64,000 bases of DNA from Alphaproteobacteria bacterium (GTDB lineage Bacteria; Pseudomonadota; Alphaproteobacteria; MPNO01): assembly GCA_965231875.1 (NCBI GenBank), contig CBDDOM010000002.1, positions 3,139,942-3,203,941 of the forward strand, in the 5' to 3' direction. The notes beneath the pieces were generated by a model. The model searched no databases and had not been told where the DNA came from. It saw nothing but the letters and a program-made list of their open reading frames with translations. Of this stretch, positions 19,382-28,014 are shown in pieces; positions within the stretch are counted from its first letter, which is position 1; every line of letters starts with the position of its first letter. The position numbers and the translations under genes are program-made.

Positions 19382-20038
19382 TTGAACTGGAAGTATCCCA
19401 GAACGCCCTACTGGCCCCATTCCCCGGCTGTCGGCCGGGAGGACGGGGTGCATCCGGACCCCGGCCGTTTCGCGGGTGTGCCGGTTGTGGTGACGGAGAA
19501 GCTGGACGGCAGCAACATTCTCTTGCACGACGGCAAGGTTTACGGACGCAGCGTGTCCGCCCCCTCCGAAGCGAAATGGACGGCGATGGTGAAGAAACAC
19601 CATGCCTGGAAAGTGACCGGACCCGATGTCTACCTGTATGGCGAGGACATCTACGGGGTGCACAGCATCGTCTATGCGCCGGTGCCGGAAGACCGGACAT
19701 TCTACGCTTTCGCGCTCCGCGACGGGACCGGAGCCTTCGCCCCGTTCGCCGATGTGGAGGGCTATGCGGGGCGGCATGCCATCCCTGTCGTGCCCGTCCT
19801 GTTCAGGGGAATTGTCCGCTCCGTTGCCGAACTGCGGGCATTCCTAGAGCGCGCTCACGCCGAGCCCTCCATCCTCGGCGGCGAGCGCGAGGGTGTCGTG
19901 GTGCGGCGGGCGGCCGGGTTCCCGGAGGCCGAGTTCCCGCTCAACGTTTGCAAGAGCGTTCGCGCCGGCCATGTGCAGAGCGACGAACATTGGACGAGGA
20001 ACTGGAAGCCCTGCAAGCTCGCGCCGGGCCATGCGTAG
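19382..20038 (+). CDS. Minimal ATP-dependent RNA ligase family protein (nucleotidyltransferase domain only)
   Basis: Motif I TEKLDGSN (KxDG), motif III YLYGEDIYG, motif IV EGVVVRR, motif V CKSVR; TTG start; 218 aa, no OB domain. Confidence 0.65.
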   Translation: MNWKYPRTPYWPHSPAVGREDGVHPDPGRFAGVPVVVTEKLDGSNILLHDGKVYGRSVSAPSEAKWTAMVKKHHAWKVTGPDVYLYGEDIYGVHSIVYAPVPEDRTFYAFALRDGTGAFAPFADVEGYAGRHAIPVVPVLFRGIVRSVAELRAFLERAHAEPSILGGEREGVVVRRAAGFPEAEFPLNVCKSVRAGHVQSDEHWTRNWKPCKLAPGHA

Positions 20039-20113
20039 CGGGCGGGTCTTTCCGTGGGGAACCGCTACGCGGTGCTGCCGGATCGTTCGGGCATCCATCG
20101 GAGGAGCCAAGCC

Positions 20114-20542
20114 ATGAAAATCACCCCGGTCCATCCCGGCACGCCGCTGCCGGAGCACAACATGCCGTTCGTGCCGGCGTTCTCGGTCGAGGGCGGGCGG
20201 ACGCTCTGGCTCGCCGGGATGGGGCCGGTGCCGATCTACCACAGGCACCCGCACGATCCTGTCGACGAAGTGCAATGGTACCAGGGCGGGTTCCGCGTCC
20301 AGTGCGAGCGCACTTTCGAGAACATCGAGCGCATCCTCGCCGCCGCCGGCGCCGATCTCACCAACATCGTGAAGATGACCCAGTACCTCACCCACGTGAT
20401 GCGCGACCAGGACACGCTCAACGAGATCACCTGGGAGCTGTTCGGGCGCGAGCGCATGCCGCCCCGCACGCTGCTCGGCGTGCCGACACTGGCGCATGAT
20501 GACATGCTGCTGGAGATCGACGTGGTGGCGCAGGTTCCCTAG
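20114..20542 (+). CDS. RidA/YjgF/L-PSP family protein
   Basis: 142 aa; start MKITPVHPG inside ORF 20054..20542; typical RidA length and C-terminal half. Confidence 0.7.
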   Translation: MKITPVHPGTPLPEHNMPFVPAFSVEGGRTLWLAGMGPVPIYHRHPHDPVDEVQWYQGGFRVQCERTFENIERILAAAGADLTNIVKMTQYLTHVMRDQDTLNEITWELFGRERMPPRTLLGVPTLAHDDMLLEIDVVAQVP

Positions 20543-20603
20543 CGCCGGGTCGCGAAATGTCGTCTAATCCGGCGCGAGTTCGAGAAGACCGGCGGGAGTA
20601 GCC

Positions 20604-21431
20604 ATGGCGATCACCGTAAGCCCGCTTTCCGAGGCGATCGGGGCCCGGATCGAGGGCGTCGATTTGAGCAGCGAGCTCGATACCGGCACCTTCGATACGA
20701 TCAAGAACGCGCTGTTCGAGAACGCCATCGTCGTCGTCCCCCGCCAGACCCTCGACGAGGACGACCAGGAACGGTTCTGCCGCTATTTCGGCGAGCTCGA
20801 GATGGTCCGCTCCGGCCAGGCGCCCAGCGACCATCCGGCGGTGCTGATGATCACCAATGTCACGGACTCCGGCCGCCCGACCGCGCTCGAGGACGGCGAG
20901 ATGATGTTCCATTACGACCAGTGCTACTACGAGAACCCGGCGCTCGGCTCGACGCTCTACGCCATCGAGGTGCCGGACGAGGGCGGCAACACGCTATTCG
21001 CCAATTGCCGGCTTGCCTACGAGGCGCTCGATGACGGCTGGAAAGCGCGGCTCGACGGTCTCCGGGCGCTGCATTACTACGACTACAAGCGCGATCCCAC
21101 GCTGCGGCCGTCCGAGATCAACCCGGACGCGCCGCAATGGGTCCATCCCGTGATCCGCACCCACCCCGAGACCGGGCGCAAGGCGATCTACGTCAACCGG
21201 CTGATGACGCTCTGGATCGAGGGCGTCGACCGCGACGAGAGCGACGGGATCCTCGACTACCTGTTCGCCCATATCGAGAAGCCGGAATTCGTCTACGAGC
21301 ACGAGTGGACGGTGGGCGAGCTGATCATGTGGGACAATCGCTGCTCGGCGCACGCGCGCACCTGGTTCTCGCCCGAGAAGCGGCGGATGATGCGCCGGGT
21401 GACGGTGCGCGATCCCCACCCGGTCGTCTGA
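20604..21431 (+). CDS. TauD/TfdA-family Fe(II)/2-oxoglutarate-dependent dioxygenase
   Basis: 275 aa; HYDQCYY...H..D iron motif and C-terminal WDNRCSAHAR signature. Confidence 0.85.
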   Translation: MAITVSPLSEAIGARIEGVDLSSELDTGTFDTIKNALFENAIVVVPRQTLDEDDQERFCRYFGELEMVRSGQAPSDHPAVLMITNVTDSGRPTALEDGEMMFHYDQCYYENPALGSTLYAIEVPDEGGNTLFANCRLAYEALDDGWKARLDGLRALHYYDYKRDPTLRPSEINPDAPQWVHPVIRTHPETGRKAIYVNRLMTLWIEGVDRDESDGILDYLFAHIEKPEFVYEHEWTVGELIMWDNRCSAHARTWFSPEKRRMMRRVTVRDPHPVV

Positions 21432-21439
21432 GGCCGGAC

Positions 21440-22405
21440 ATGGGCTCCATCGACATCGAGAAGGCGGAACGGCCGACGCGCGGGCGCGTCGGCGGCACCG
21501 ACAAGGACCGCGCGGCCCGCTTCCGCGCCCGCTTCCCGCCGTCGGCGAAGAGAAGCCTCTATATCCGCGACAAGATCCTGCTGCCGGCGCGCGAGCCGCC
21601 GGTCAATCCCGAGCGCAGCGAGATCGGCGACCCCGCCGAGGCCGCGCGCGAGATCCGCGACACGGCGCGCGAGATGGGGGCCGACGCGGTCGGCATCGCC
21701 GAGTACGACCGCCGCTTCGCCTTCACCCAGGCCGGCGATCCGAAACACTCCGCCGTCGTCGTCTACGGGATCGCGATGTCCTACGACAACATGGCCGATA
21801 TCGGCCCGCGCTCGCAGGAGGAGGTGCACCGGGTTTATCACGCGCTCGACGATATCGGGGTCAGGCTCGCCCACCAGATCGCGGCGTTCGGCTACAGCGC
21901 CACGATGCAGCCCAACGAGGGCGACATCCCGATGCCGGCGCTCGCCTGGCTCGCCGGTCTCGGCGAGCTCGGCAAGCACGGCTCGCTGATCTCGCCCGAG
22001 CTCGGTTCCTCATTCCGGCTCGGCGCGGTGACCACCGACATGCCGCTCGAGGTCGACGGGCCGGCGGATTTCGGAATCGACGAGGTGTGCGCGAAATGCG
22101 GCGTGTGCACCCGCTTCTGCCCGGGCGATGCGATCAAGCCGGACAAGCGGACGGTCAACGGGATCGAGCGCTGGCATGTCGACACAGCGGCCTGCGAGCC
22201 GTGGTTCCACAAGCTCTACGGCTGCAAGATCTGCCTGATGGTCTGCCCGCTCAACAGCCGGGGCGTGTTCGGCGAGGATTTCAAGCGCGCCTCGCGCGTC
22301 CTGGTCGATGCCAGGGACGCCGACGGGATGCTGCGGCTGATCGAGGAGCGGACGGACATGCATTACGAGGATTTCGACGACGCGCCGAAAACCGGCGAGG
22401 ACTAG
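21440..22405 (+). CDS. 4Fe-4S di-cluster protein, QueG/reductive-dehalogenase-like
   Basis: CAKCGVCTRFCPGDAI and CKICLMVCPLN ferredoxin motifs preceded by GSSFRLGAVTTDMPLEVDGP, laid out as in epoxyqueuosine reductase. Confidence 0.5.
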   Translation: MGSIDIEKAERPTRGRVGGTDKDRAARFRARFPPSAKRSLYIRDKILLPAREPPVNPERSEIGDPAEAAREIRDTAREMGADAVGIAEYDRRFAFTQAGDPKHSAVVVYGIAMSYDNMADIGPRSQEEVHRVYHALDDIGVRLAHQIAAFGYSATMQPNEGDIPMPALAWLAGLGELGKHGSLISPELGSSFRLGAVTTDMPLEVDGPADFGIDEVCAKCGVCTRFCPGDAIKPDKRTVNGIERWHVDTAACEPWFHKLYGCKICLMVCPLNSRGVFGEDFKRASRVLVDARDADGMLRLIEERTDMHYEDFDDAPKTGED

Positions 22406-22409
22406 AGCC

Positions 22410-22600
22410 TGTCCGTCTTGGTTGGAAACGCTCGCACCGTTTCCTTCCGTCATGGTCGGCGGAGGCCGACCATCCACGAGTTTTTCTTTGTCAGCGGAAC
22501 AACAAAAAACAAAACGTGGATGGTCGGCCTCCGCCGACCATGACGTAGGAGAGACAGGGACAGCAGCGCTTCTATCTAAAACGGATACGCTCTAGCCCGG
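22410..22600. repeat. MITE-like long imperfect palindrome, copy 2
   Basis: Core 22449-22543 nearly identical (2-3 mismatches) to 15808-15902; flanks also similar. Confidence 0.65.
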
Positions 22601-22607
22601 CCGCGTT

Positions 22608-23966
22608 TTACCCCATGGTTCGCGGCAGCCAGAGAACGATCCCCGGGAAGGCCAGCAGCACCCCGACCGTGATCGCGTCGGCGACGAAAAACGGCCCGAT
22701 ACCGCGAAACACGTCCTGGAGCGGAATGGCGAGGGACCGGCCCTCCGCGTCGCGCAGTTCCCGCGAAACGCCCGCGACCACGAAGCAGTTGAGTCCGATC
22801 GGCGGGGTGATCAGGCAGATTTCGGCCATCTTGACGACGATGATGCCGAACCAGATCGGGTCGTAGCCGAGCGCGACCACCGCCGGGAAGACCACCGGAA
22901 GGGTGAGGACCAGCATCCCGATCGCATCCATGAACATGCCGAGCACGGCATAGGCGAGCAGGATGCAGATCATGATCAGGATGGGCGGCATGTCGAGCGT
23001 GACCACCCAGTCGGCGAACGCACCCGGCAGGCCGGCGAAGCCGAGGAAGCGGACGAACAGGAAGACGCCCCAGATCAGCGTGAAGATCATCGCGGTGAGC
23101 TTGGCCGTTTCCATCAGCGCTTCGCGGAGCCTGCCGCGCATTTCGCCGAGCGCTCGCTCGCGCCAGGCCCTCAGCACGTAGAAGCAGAACACCACCATGG
23201 CGCCCAGCGCGCCGGCCTCGGTCGGGGTCGCCGAGCCGGTATAGAGCGCGCCGAAGATCACGCCGATGACGATGAAAATCGGCAGCGTGCCGGGAAGGCT
23301 CTGGAAACGTTGGCGCCAGGTGAAGCCGCCGATCGACTGGCCGAACTCGGGGCGGATCTTGCACATGCCGATAATCAGCGCGGCGTAGATCAGCGCCGAC
23401 ACGATGCCCGGCAGGAAGCCGGCCAGCAGCAGCCGGCCGACCGATTCCTCCACGATGATCGCGTAGACGACGAGGATCGCCGATGGCGGTATCAGCGAGG
23501 CCAGCGTGCCGCCCGCCGCGATCACGCCCGCGGTCAGCCGGCGGTCATAGTCGTTGCGCAGCATGTCCGGGATCGCCACCCGGGAGAACACCGCCGCCGT
23601 GGCGGTCGATGCGCCGGAGACCGCGGCGAACCCGGCGGTCGCGAACACGGTCGCGACCGCGAGCCCTCCCGGGACCCAGCCGAACCAGCGGCGCGCCGCC
23701 TCGAACAGCCGCGAGGTGAGCCCGGCATAGAAGGCGAGAAATCCGATCAGGATGAACAGCGGCAGGACGGACAGCGGGTAGGTGACGGTCTTCGAATGCG
23801 GGATCGTGCCGGCGATCGCCCCGGCTATGCTCCAGTTCTTCAGCGCGAGCAGGCCGAGAAAGCCGGTCAGCGCCGCGGCGACGAAGACCCGGACCCCGAC
23901 GATCACCAACGCGATCAGGAGGCACACCCCGAGGATGCCGATGGTGAAATTGTCGAGGCCGAACAT
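22608..23966 (-). CDS. dctM: TRAP transporter large permease
   Basis: 453-aa polytopic membrane protein; start MFGLDNF is Met188 of ORF 22608..24527. Confidence 0.85.
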   Translation of the reverse strand: MFGLDNFTIGILGVCLLIALVIVGVRVFVAAALTGFLGLLALKNWSIAGAIAGTIPHSKTVTYPLSVLPLFILIGFLAFYAGLTSRLFEAARRWFGWVPGGLAVATVFATAGFAAVSGASTATAAVFSRVAIPDMLRNDYDRRLTAGVIAAGGTLASLIPPSAILVVYAIIVEESVGRLLLAGFLPGIVSALIYAALIIGMCKIRPEFGQSIGGFTWRQRFQSLPGTLPIFIVIGVIFGALYTGSATPTEAGALGAMVVFCFYVLRAWRERALGEMRGRLREALMETAKLTAMIFTLIWGVFLFVRFLGFAGLPGAFADWVVTLDMPPILIMICILLAYAVLGMFMDAIGMLVLTLPVVFPAVVALGYDPIWFGIIVVKMAEICLITPPIGLNCFVVAGVSRELRDAEGRSLAIPLQDVFRGIGPFFVADAITVGVLLAFPGIVLWLPRTMG

Positions 23967-23968
23967 CG

Positions 23969-24577
23969 TTAGTTGCCCCGCGCTATGTCTTCTTCGGCAT
24001 GGCTGATTTCCTCGGCCGCGGCCTGTTCGACGTCCCTCAGCAGCGGCACCGCTACCGGCTCGCCGTCCGGATGCAAGGCAAGGCGAAGATAGCCCGCCAT
24101 CTGCAGCACAAGGCGGAGCAGAAGAACGGATAGCGCGACCGGAACCGCCAGCTTGGCCGGCCAGGTGACGATCTCGATGTCGATCGTCGAGTCGCCGAAA
24201 TCGAAGGCGCGTTCGAAATGACGATAGGCATAGGGAATCAGCACCGCGACGATGAAGATGGCGAGCGCGGTGCCTACCGCCTCGGCAATCCACAGCGCCC
24301 TTCCCTTGAAGCGGGCGACGACGAGTTCCATCCGGACATGGCCGCCGACCCGCTGCACGAAGGAGATCGCGAGCACCGCGAACCCGACCATCGAGACCTC
24401 GACGATGTCGATATAGCCGAAGATCGGCGCGCGGAAGACGGTGCGGAGAAGGATCTGGGCGACGCCCAGCAGCATCAGCGCGAAGATCAGGATGCCGGCG
24501 AGCAGGTTGAGCCGGTTCTCGACCCATCCGAGCCAGAGATCGGCGCGTGCGAGGCCGCGGCTGAAGGCATCGCTCAT
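23969..24577 (-). CDS. dctQ: TRAP transporter small permease
   Basis: 202 aa, four hydrophobic segments, directly upstream of dctM. Confidence 0.8.
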   Translation of the reverse strand: MSDAFSRGLARADLWLGWVENRLNLLAGILIFALMLLGVAQILLRTVFRAPIFGYIDIVEVSMVGFAVLAISFVQRVGGHVRMELVVARFKGRALWIAEAVGTALAIFIVAVLIPYAYRHFERAFDFGDSTIDIEIVTWPAKLAVPVALSVLLLRLVLQMAGYLRLALHPDGEPVAVPLLRDVEQAAAEEISHAEEDIARGN

Positions 24578-24647
24578 GGCGGGACGGGTTTCCGCGGCGG
24601 GGACCCCGGGTCCGGCGCCGGACCCGGGGGGTTTCGGGAGCCGCCGC

Positions 24648-25679
24648 CTAGTAGGCCTGTCCGACCGCCTTGAAGATCGTCTGGATCACCCCGCGGGCGT
24701 CGAACTTGCCCTGGTTCTCCTCGATCCACTTCTCGATCACCGGCTTGCCGGCCGCGGCGCGGAACTTGGCGAGTTGAGCGTCGGAGTAACGGACCTCCTT
24801 CAGCTTCTTCTTGAGCATCGGCAGGTTCTTCTTGTCCATCGCGACATAGGCTTGGATCTGGGTCCCGATCACGTCCTCCTTCGCGTCGTCCAGCAGCTTC
24901 TTGTACTGCGCGGGAAGAGCGTCGTAGGCCTTGATCGAGAAGGCCAGCGGGCAGTCCGAGGTCCCGGGCGCCAGGTTGGCGGTATACCAGTCGGCCACTT
25001 CCGGGATCTTGTAGGCGACATGCGCGTAGGTGAAGGGGAATGAGACCGCGTTCATCGTTCCCTGTTGTATGCCGGTATAGACTTCGGTCGCGGTCGAGGT
25101 TGTCGGAGTCGCGCCCAGCACCTTCATCGCGCGGGCGACGCCGCCGCCTGCGCGCACCGTCAGCCCCTTCCAGTCGGCCAGCGTCGCCGGCGGCTTGCCT
25201 TTGCCCAGGAACTCGTATTGCGGCAGGTAGGAAGAGGTGTAGGTCATCGCGTTCCACCGCGCGAGCTCCTTCTTGACCGCCGGGTGGGCATAGACCGCGT
25301 CGCGGATCTTGCGGTTGTTGTCCCAGTCGCTCATCGGCAGGAACGGCATGGTGAGCGACATCAGCGCCGGGTTCTTCTTCGGGTGGTAGAAGTTGCAGAA
25401 CATCGCCGCCTGGAACGCATCGACGGACAGCCCGTCGAGGTTCTCGCGCGATTTCGACAGCGCCCCGCCGTAATGGAGCATGATGTTCCAGTTGCCGCCG
25501 GTCTTCTCCTTAACCAGCGCCGAAAGCCGCTCGACGCCCGCCGTGAAGGCGCGCTTCTTGCCCCACAGCGAGACATCCCATTTCAGCTTGGGCCCGTTGA
25601 CTTCGGCTGCCTGCGCACCCGATGCGGCGAGCCCGAGGGCCGCGAGCAGGGCCAGCCCCGTTGCACCGATTCTCGTCAT
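24648..25679 (-). CDS. dctP: TRAP transporter substrate-binding protein
   Basis: Signal peptide MTRIGATGLALLAALGLAASGAQA; about 343 aa periplasmic protein upstream of dctQM. Confidence 0.8.
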   Translation of the reverse strand: MTRIGATGLALLAALGLAASGAQAAEVNGPKLKWDVSLWGKKRAFTAGVERLSALVKEKTGGNWNIMLHYGGALSKSRENLDGLSVDAFQAAMFCNFYHPKKNPALMSLTMPFLPMSDWDNNRKIRDAVYAHPAVKKELARWNAMTYTSSYLPQYEFLGKGKPPATLADWKGLTVRAGGGVARAMKVLGATPTTSTATEVYTGIQQGTMNAVSFPFTYAHVAYKIPEVADWYTANLAPGTSDCPLAFSIKAYDALPAQYKKLLDDAKEDVIGTQIQAYVAMDKKNLPMLKKKLKEVRYSDAQLAKFRAAAGKPVIEKWIEENQGKFDARGVIQTIFKAVGQAY

Positions 25680-25790
25680 TGCACCTGATCTCCCTTGTCC
25701 GAGCGGCCCGGCGGATACCCGGACCGATGGAATCAATCTAGCCCAATTCACCGTGAAGTCGACCCGCTCCGTGAGCATGTCACGGGATCG

Positions 25791-26867
25791 TTATTGGCCC
25801 CGGAGCGCCGGCATGACGTGCTCGGCGAACAGTTCGACCGAGCGCGTCGTCTCCTCCAGCGTGAGGTCGCCGAACGCCATCTGGCCGACCAGGTAATCGG
25901 CCTCCGCGACCGCCATGCGCTCGGCGAGGAACGCGGTGACCGTCCCCGGGTTTCCCGCCACCGCGCGGCCCTGCTCCGCCATCTCGTCGAAGGTCGGCGG
26001 TCGCTGATGTTTGGGCGGTTCGGTGTCGTGGCGGACGAACAGGTAGTTGAAGCTCTCGTGCCAGACCGGGTAGGCGCGCCGGGCGGCGTCGAGCGCGCCG
26101 CCGTCGGTCTCGCCGACCACCACGAACAGACCGAGCCCGACAAGGCCGGGGGCGCTGTCGGCGCCGTGCTCCCCGGCCCATGCGGCGCGGTAGCTGCGCG
26201 CGAAGGTGCCGGTCTCCTCGGCGCTGTCGAGGCTCACGATATGGCAGCCTATACGCGCCGCCCGCGCCGCGCTTTCCGTCGCGTGAACGCCGTACCAGAG
26301 CGGCGGGTGGGGTTTCTGGTAGGGCTCCACCAGGAGCGGGATGTCGTCGAAGCTGATGTACTTTCCCCGGTGATCGAGCCTGCCGGTCGCGAGCCCGTTC
26401 AGGATGATCTCGAGATACTCGCGGTAGACCGGCTCCGCCTCCGCGTGGTCGTTGCCGAAATAGGCCGACTCGATCGCCGAGGCGCCGCGCCCGAAGCCGA
26501 TCTCCAGCCGGCCGCCGCTCATCTGGTCCAGCATGCAGATCTCCTGCACCAGCCGGAGCGGGTGGTAGAGCGGCAGCGCGAAGACCAGCGGGCCGAAGCG
26601 AAGCGTCTCGGTCTGCGTCGCCACCGCGCTCAGGAACAAATTGGGCGACGGCGCCATGCCGAGCGGCGTCGAATGATGCTCGGCGATGTGGTAGCTGCGG
26701 AAACCGGCCCGCTCGAACAGGCGGATCAGCGTCAGCCGGTCGGCGTAGTAGGCATCGAGCGGCTGCCCCGTCGTGTCCAGATGGTCGAATATCCCGAATT
26801 CCACGCGGTCGTCCTCCCGGGCCCGGAGCGCATCGCGCCCCGAGGATTGTTGCAGGGGACCGCCCAA
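25791..26867 (-). CDS. LLM-class flavin-dependent oxidoreductase (luciferase-like monooxygenase)
   Basis: EFGIFDHLD start region; of the two overlapping frames only 25791..26867 gives an LLM-like protein; true start may be an internal GTG. Confidence 0.7.
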   Translation of the reverse strand: MGGPLQQSSGRDALRAREDDRVEFGIFDHLDTTGQPLDAYYADRLTLIRLFERAGFRSYHIAEHHSTPLGMAPSPNLFLSAVATQTETLRFGPLVFALPLYHPLRLVQEICMLDQMSGGRLEIGFGRGASAIESAYFGNDHAEAEPVYREYLEIILNGLATGRLDHRGKYISFDDIPLLVEPYQKPHPPLWYGVHATESAARAARIGCHIVSLDSAEETGTFARSYRAAWAGEHGADSAPGLVGLGLFVVVGETDGGALDAARRAYPVWHESFNYLFVRHDTEPPKHQRPPTFDEMAEQGRAVAGNPGTVTAFLAERMAVAEADYLVGQMAFGDLTLEETTRSVELFAEHVMPALRGQ

Positions 26868-26910
26868 CCATCAATCATGGCCCGGTACCGCCGAGTTGGC
26901 AGGCGGCCCC

Positions 26911-27447
26911 ATGAGCGGAGGACGCACGATGGCCACGAGTCCCACGCCCCCCGGGATACGCAGGATCGTCACCGGCCACGGCGGCGACCGCGTCGCCCGC
27001 GTAATCGAGGACGGCTTCGCCGCCAACGCCAAGCAGGCCGGCAACGGCGCGGTCTCGACCCTGATCTGGTCCACCGACCGGACGCCGGCGGACATCGCCG
27101 TCGGTACCGATTTCGAGGATATGGGCGCGCGTATCATAGGCACCCAGCCCCCGCCGTCGGGCTCGCGGTTCGCCGTGATCGAGTTTCCGCCCGGCGCGCC
27201 GACCGCGATGCACCGGACGGAATCCATCGACTACGTGATCTGCCTCGCCGGCGAGATCGACATGGACATGGACGATTCGACCGTCACGATGCGGGCGGGC
27301 GACGCGATGGTCCAGCGCGGCACCAACCACTCATGGGTCAACCGCTCGTCCGGGCCCGCCCGGCTCGCCTTCGTGCTGATCGACGCCGAACCGCTCGGCA
27401 TCGGCGAACCGGTGAGGGCCGGGCAAAACGCCGGAGACAACGAATGA
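26911..27447 (+). CDS. Cupin-domain protein
   Basis: About 178 aa; FAVIEFPPGAPTAMHRTESIDYVICLAGEI cupin motif region; stop overlaps next start (ATGA). Confidence 0.55.
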   Translation: MSGGRTMATSPTPPGIRRIVTGHGGDRVARVIEDGFAANAKQAGNGAVSTLIWSTDRTPADIAVGTDFEDMGARIIGTQPPPSGSRFAVIEFPPGAPTAMHRTESIDYVICLAGEIDMDMDDSTVTMRAGDAMVQRGTNHSWVNRSSGPARLAFVLIDAEPLGIGEPVRAGQNAGDNE

Positions 27448-27998
27448 AACCCCAGAGGATCCCCGATCTGCGCCCTGACGAGATGAACGAACGCCAGCGC
27501 GCCCTGTTCGAAGCGATCGCGGGCCCGCGCGGCGGCGTCGTGCGGGGGCCGTTCGCGATCTGGCTGCGCCATCCCGAACTGGTGGAAAAGGCGAACGCGT
27601 TCGGCAACCATTTGCGCGACGACACGTCGCTGTCGAAGGGCCTGTCGGAGCTCGCGATCCTGGTTACCGCGCGGTTCTGGGGCGCGAGCTACGAATGGTT
27701 CGCGCATGAGGGCCAGGCCGCCGCCGCGGGCGTCGCTCCCGATGTCATCGAGGCGATCCGCAGCGGCGAAGAGCCCCGCCTGGACGACCCCGAGGCCGCG
27801 ATCGTCTATGAGGTGAGCCGCGAGATCTACCGGTCGAAGGAAATCCCGAACGAGACCTACCGCAAGGGCATCGAGGTTCTCGGCCGGACCCGGATGATCG
27901 ACCTGGTCGCGATCCTCGGTTTTTACACCATGGTCGCGATGACGCTGAACGCCTTCAACGCGCCGCTGCCCGAGGGCGCGGCCGACCCCTTCGCGTGA
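27444..27998 (+). CDS. Carboxymuconolactone decarboxylase (AhpD-like) family protein
   Basis: 184 aa; internal ORF in frame 27444; AhpD/CMD-like helical protein. Confidence 0.6.
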   Translation: MKPQRIPDLRPDEMNERQRALFEAIAGPRGGVVRGPFAIWLRHPELVEKANAFGNHLRDDTSLSKGLSELAILVTARFWGASYEWFAHEGQAAAAGVAPDVIEAIRSGEEPRLDDPEAAIVYEVSREIYRSKEIPNETYRKGIEVLGRTRMIDLVAILGFYTMVAMTLNAFNAPLPEGAADPFA

Positions 27999-28014
27999 GG
28001 CCGGAAAGAGAGAG

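Noticed and set aside
25695-27998. 767-aa ORF on the plus strand
   Set aside because: Spans antisense of the LLM gene, then runs in a non-coding frame through the cupin gene. Only its last 184 aa (27444..27998, CMD-family protein) are real.
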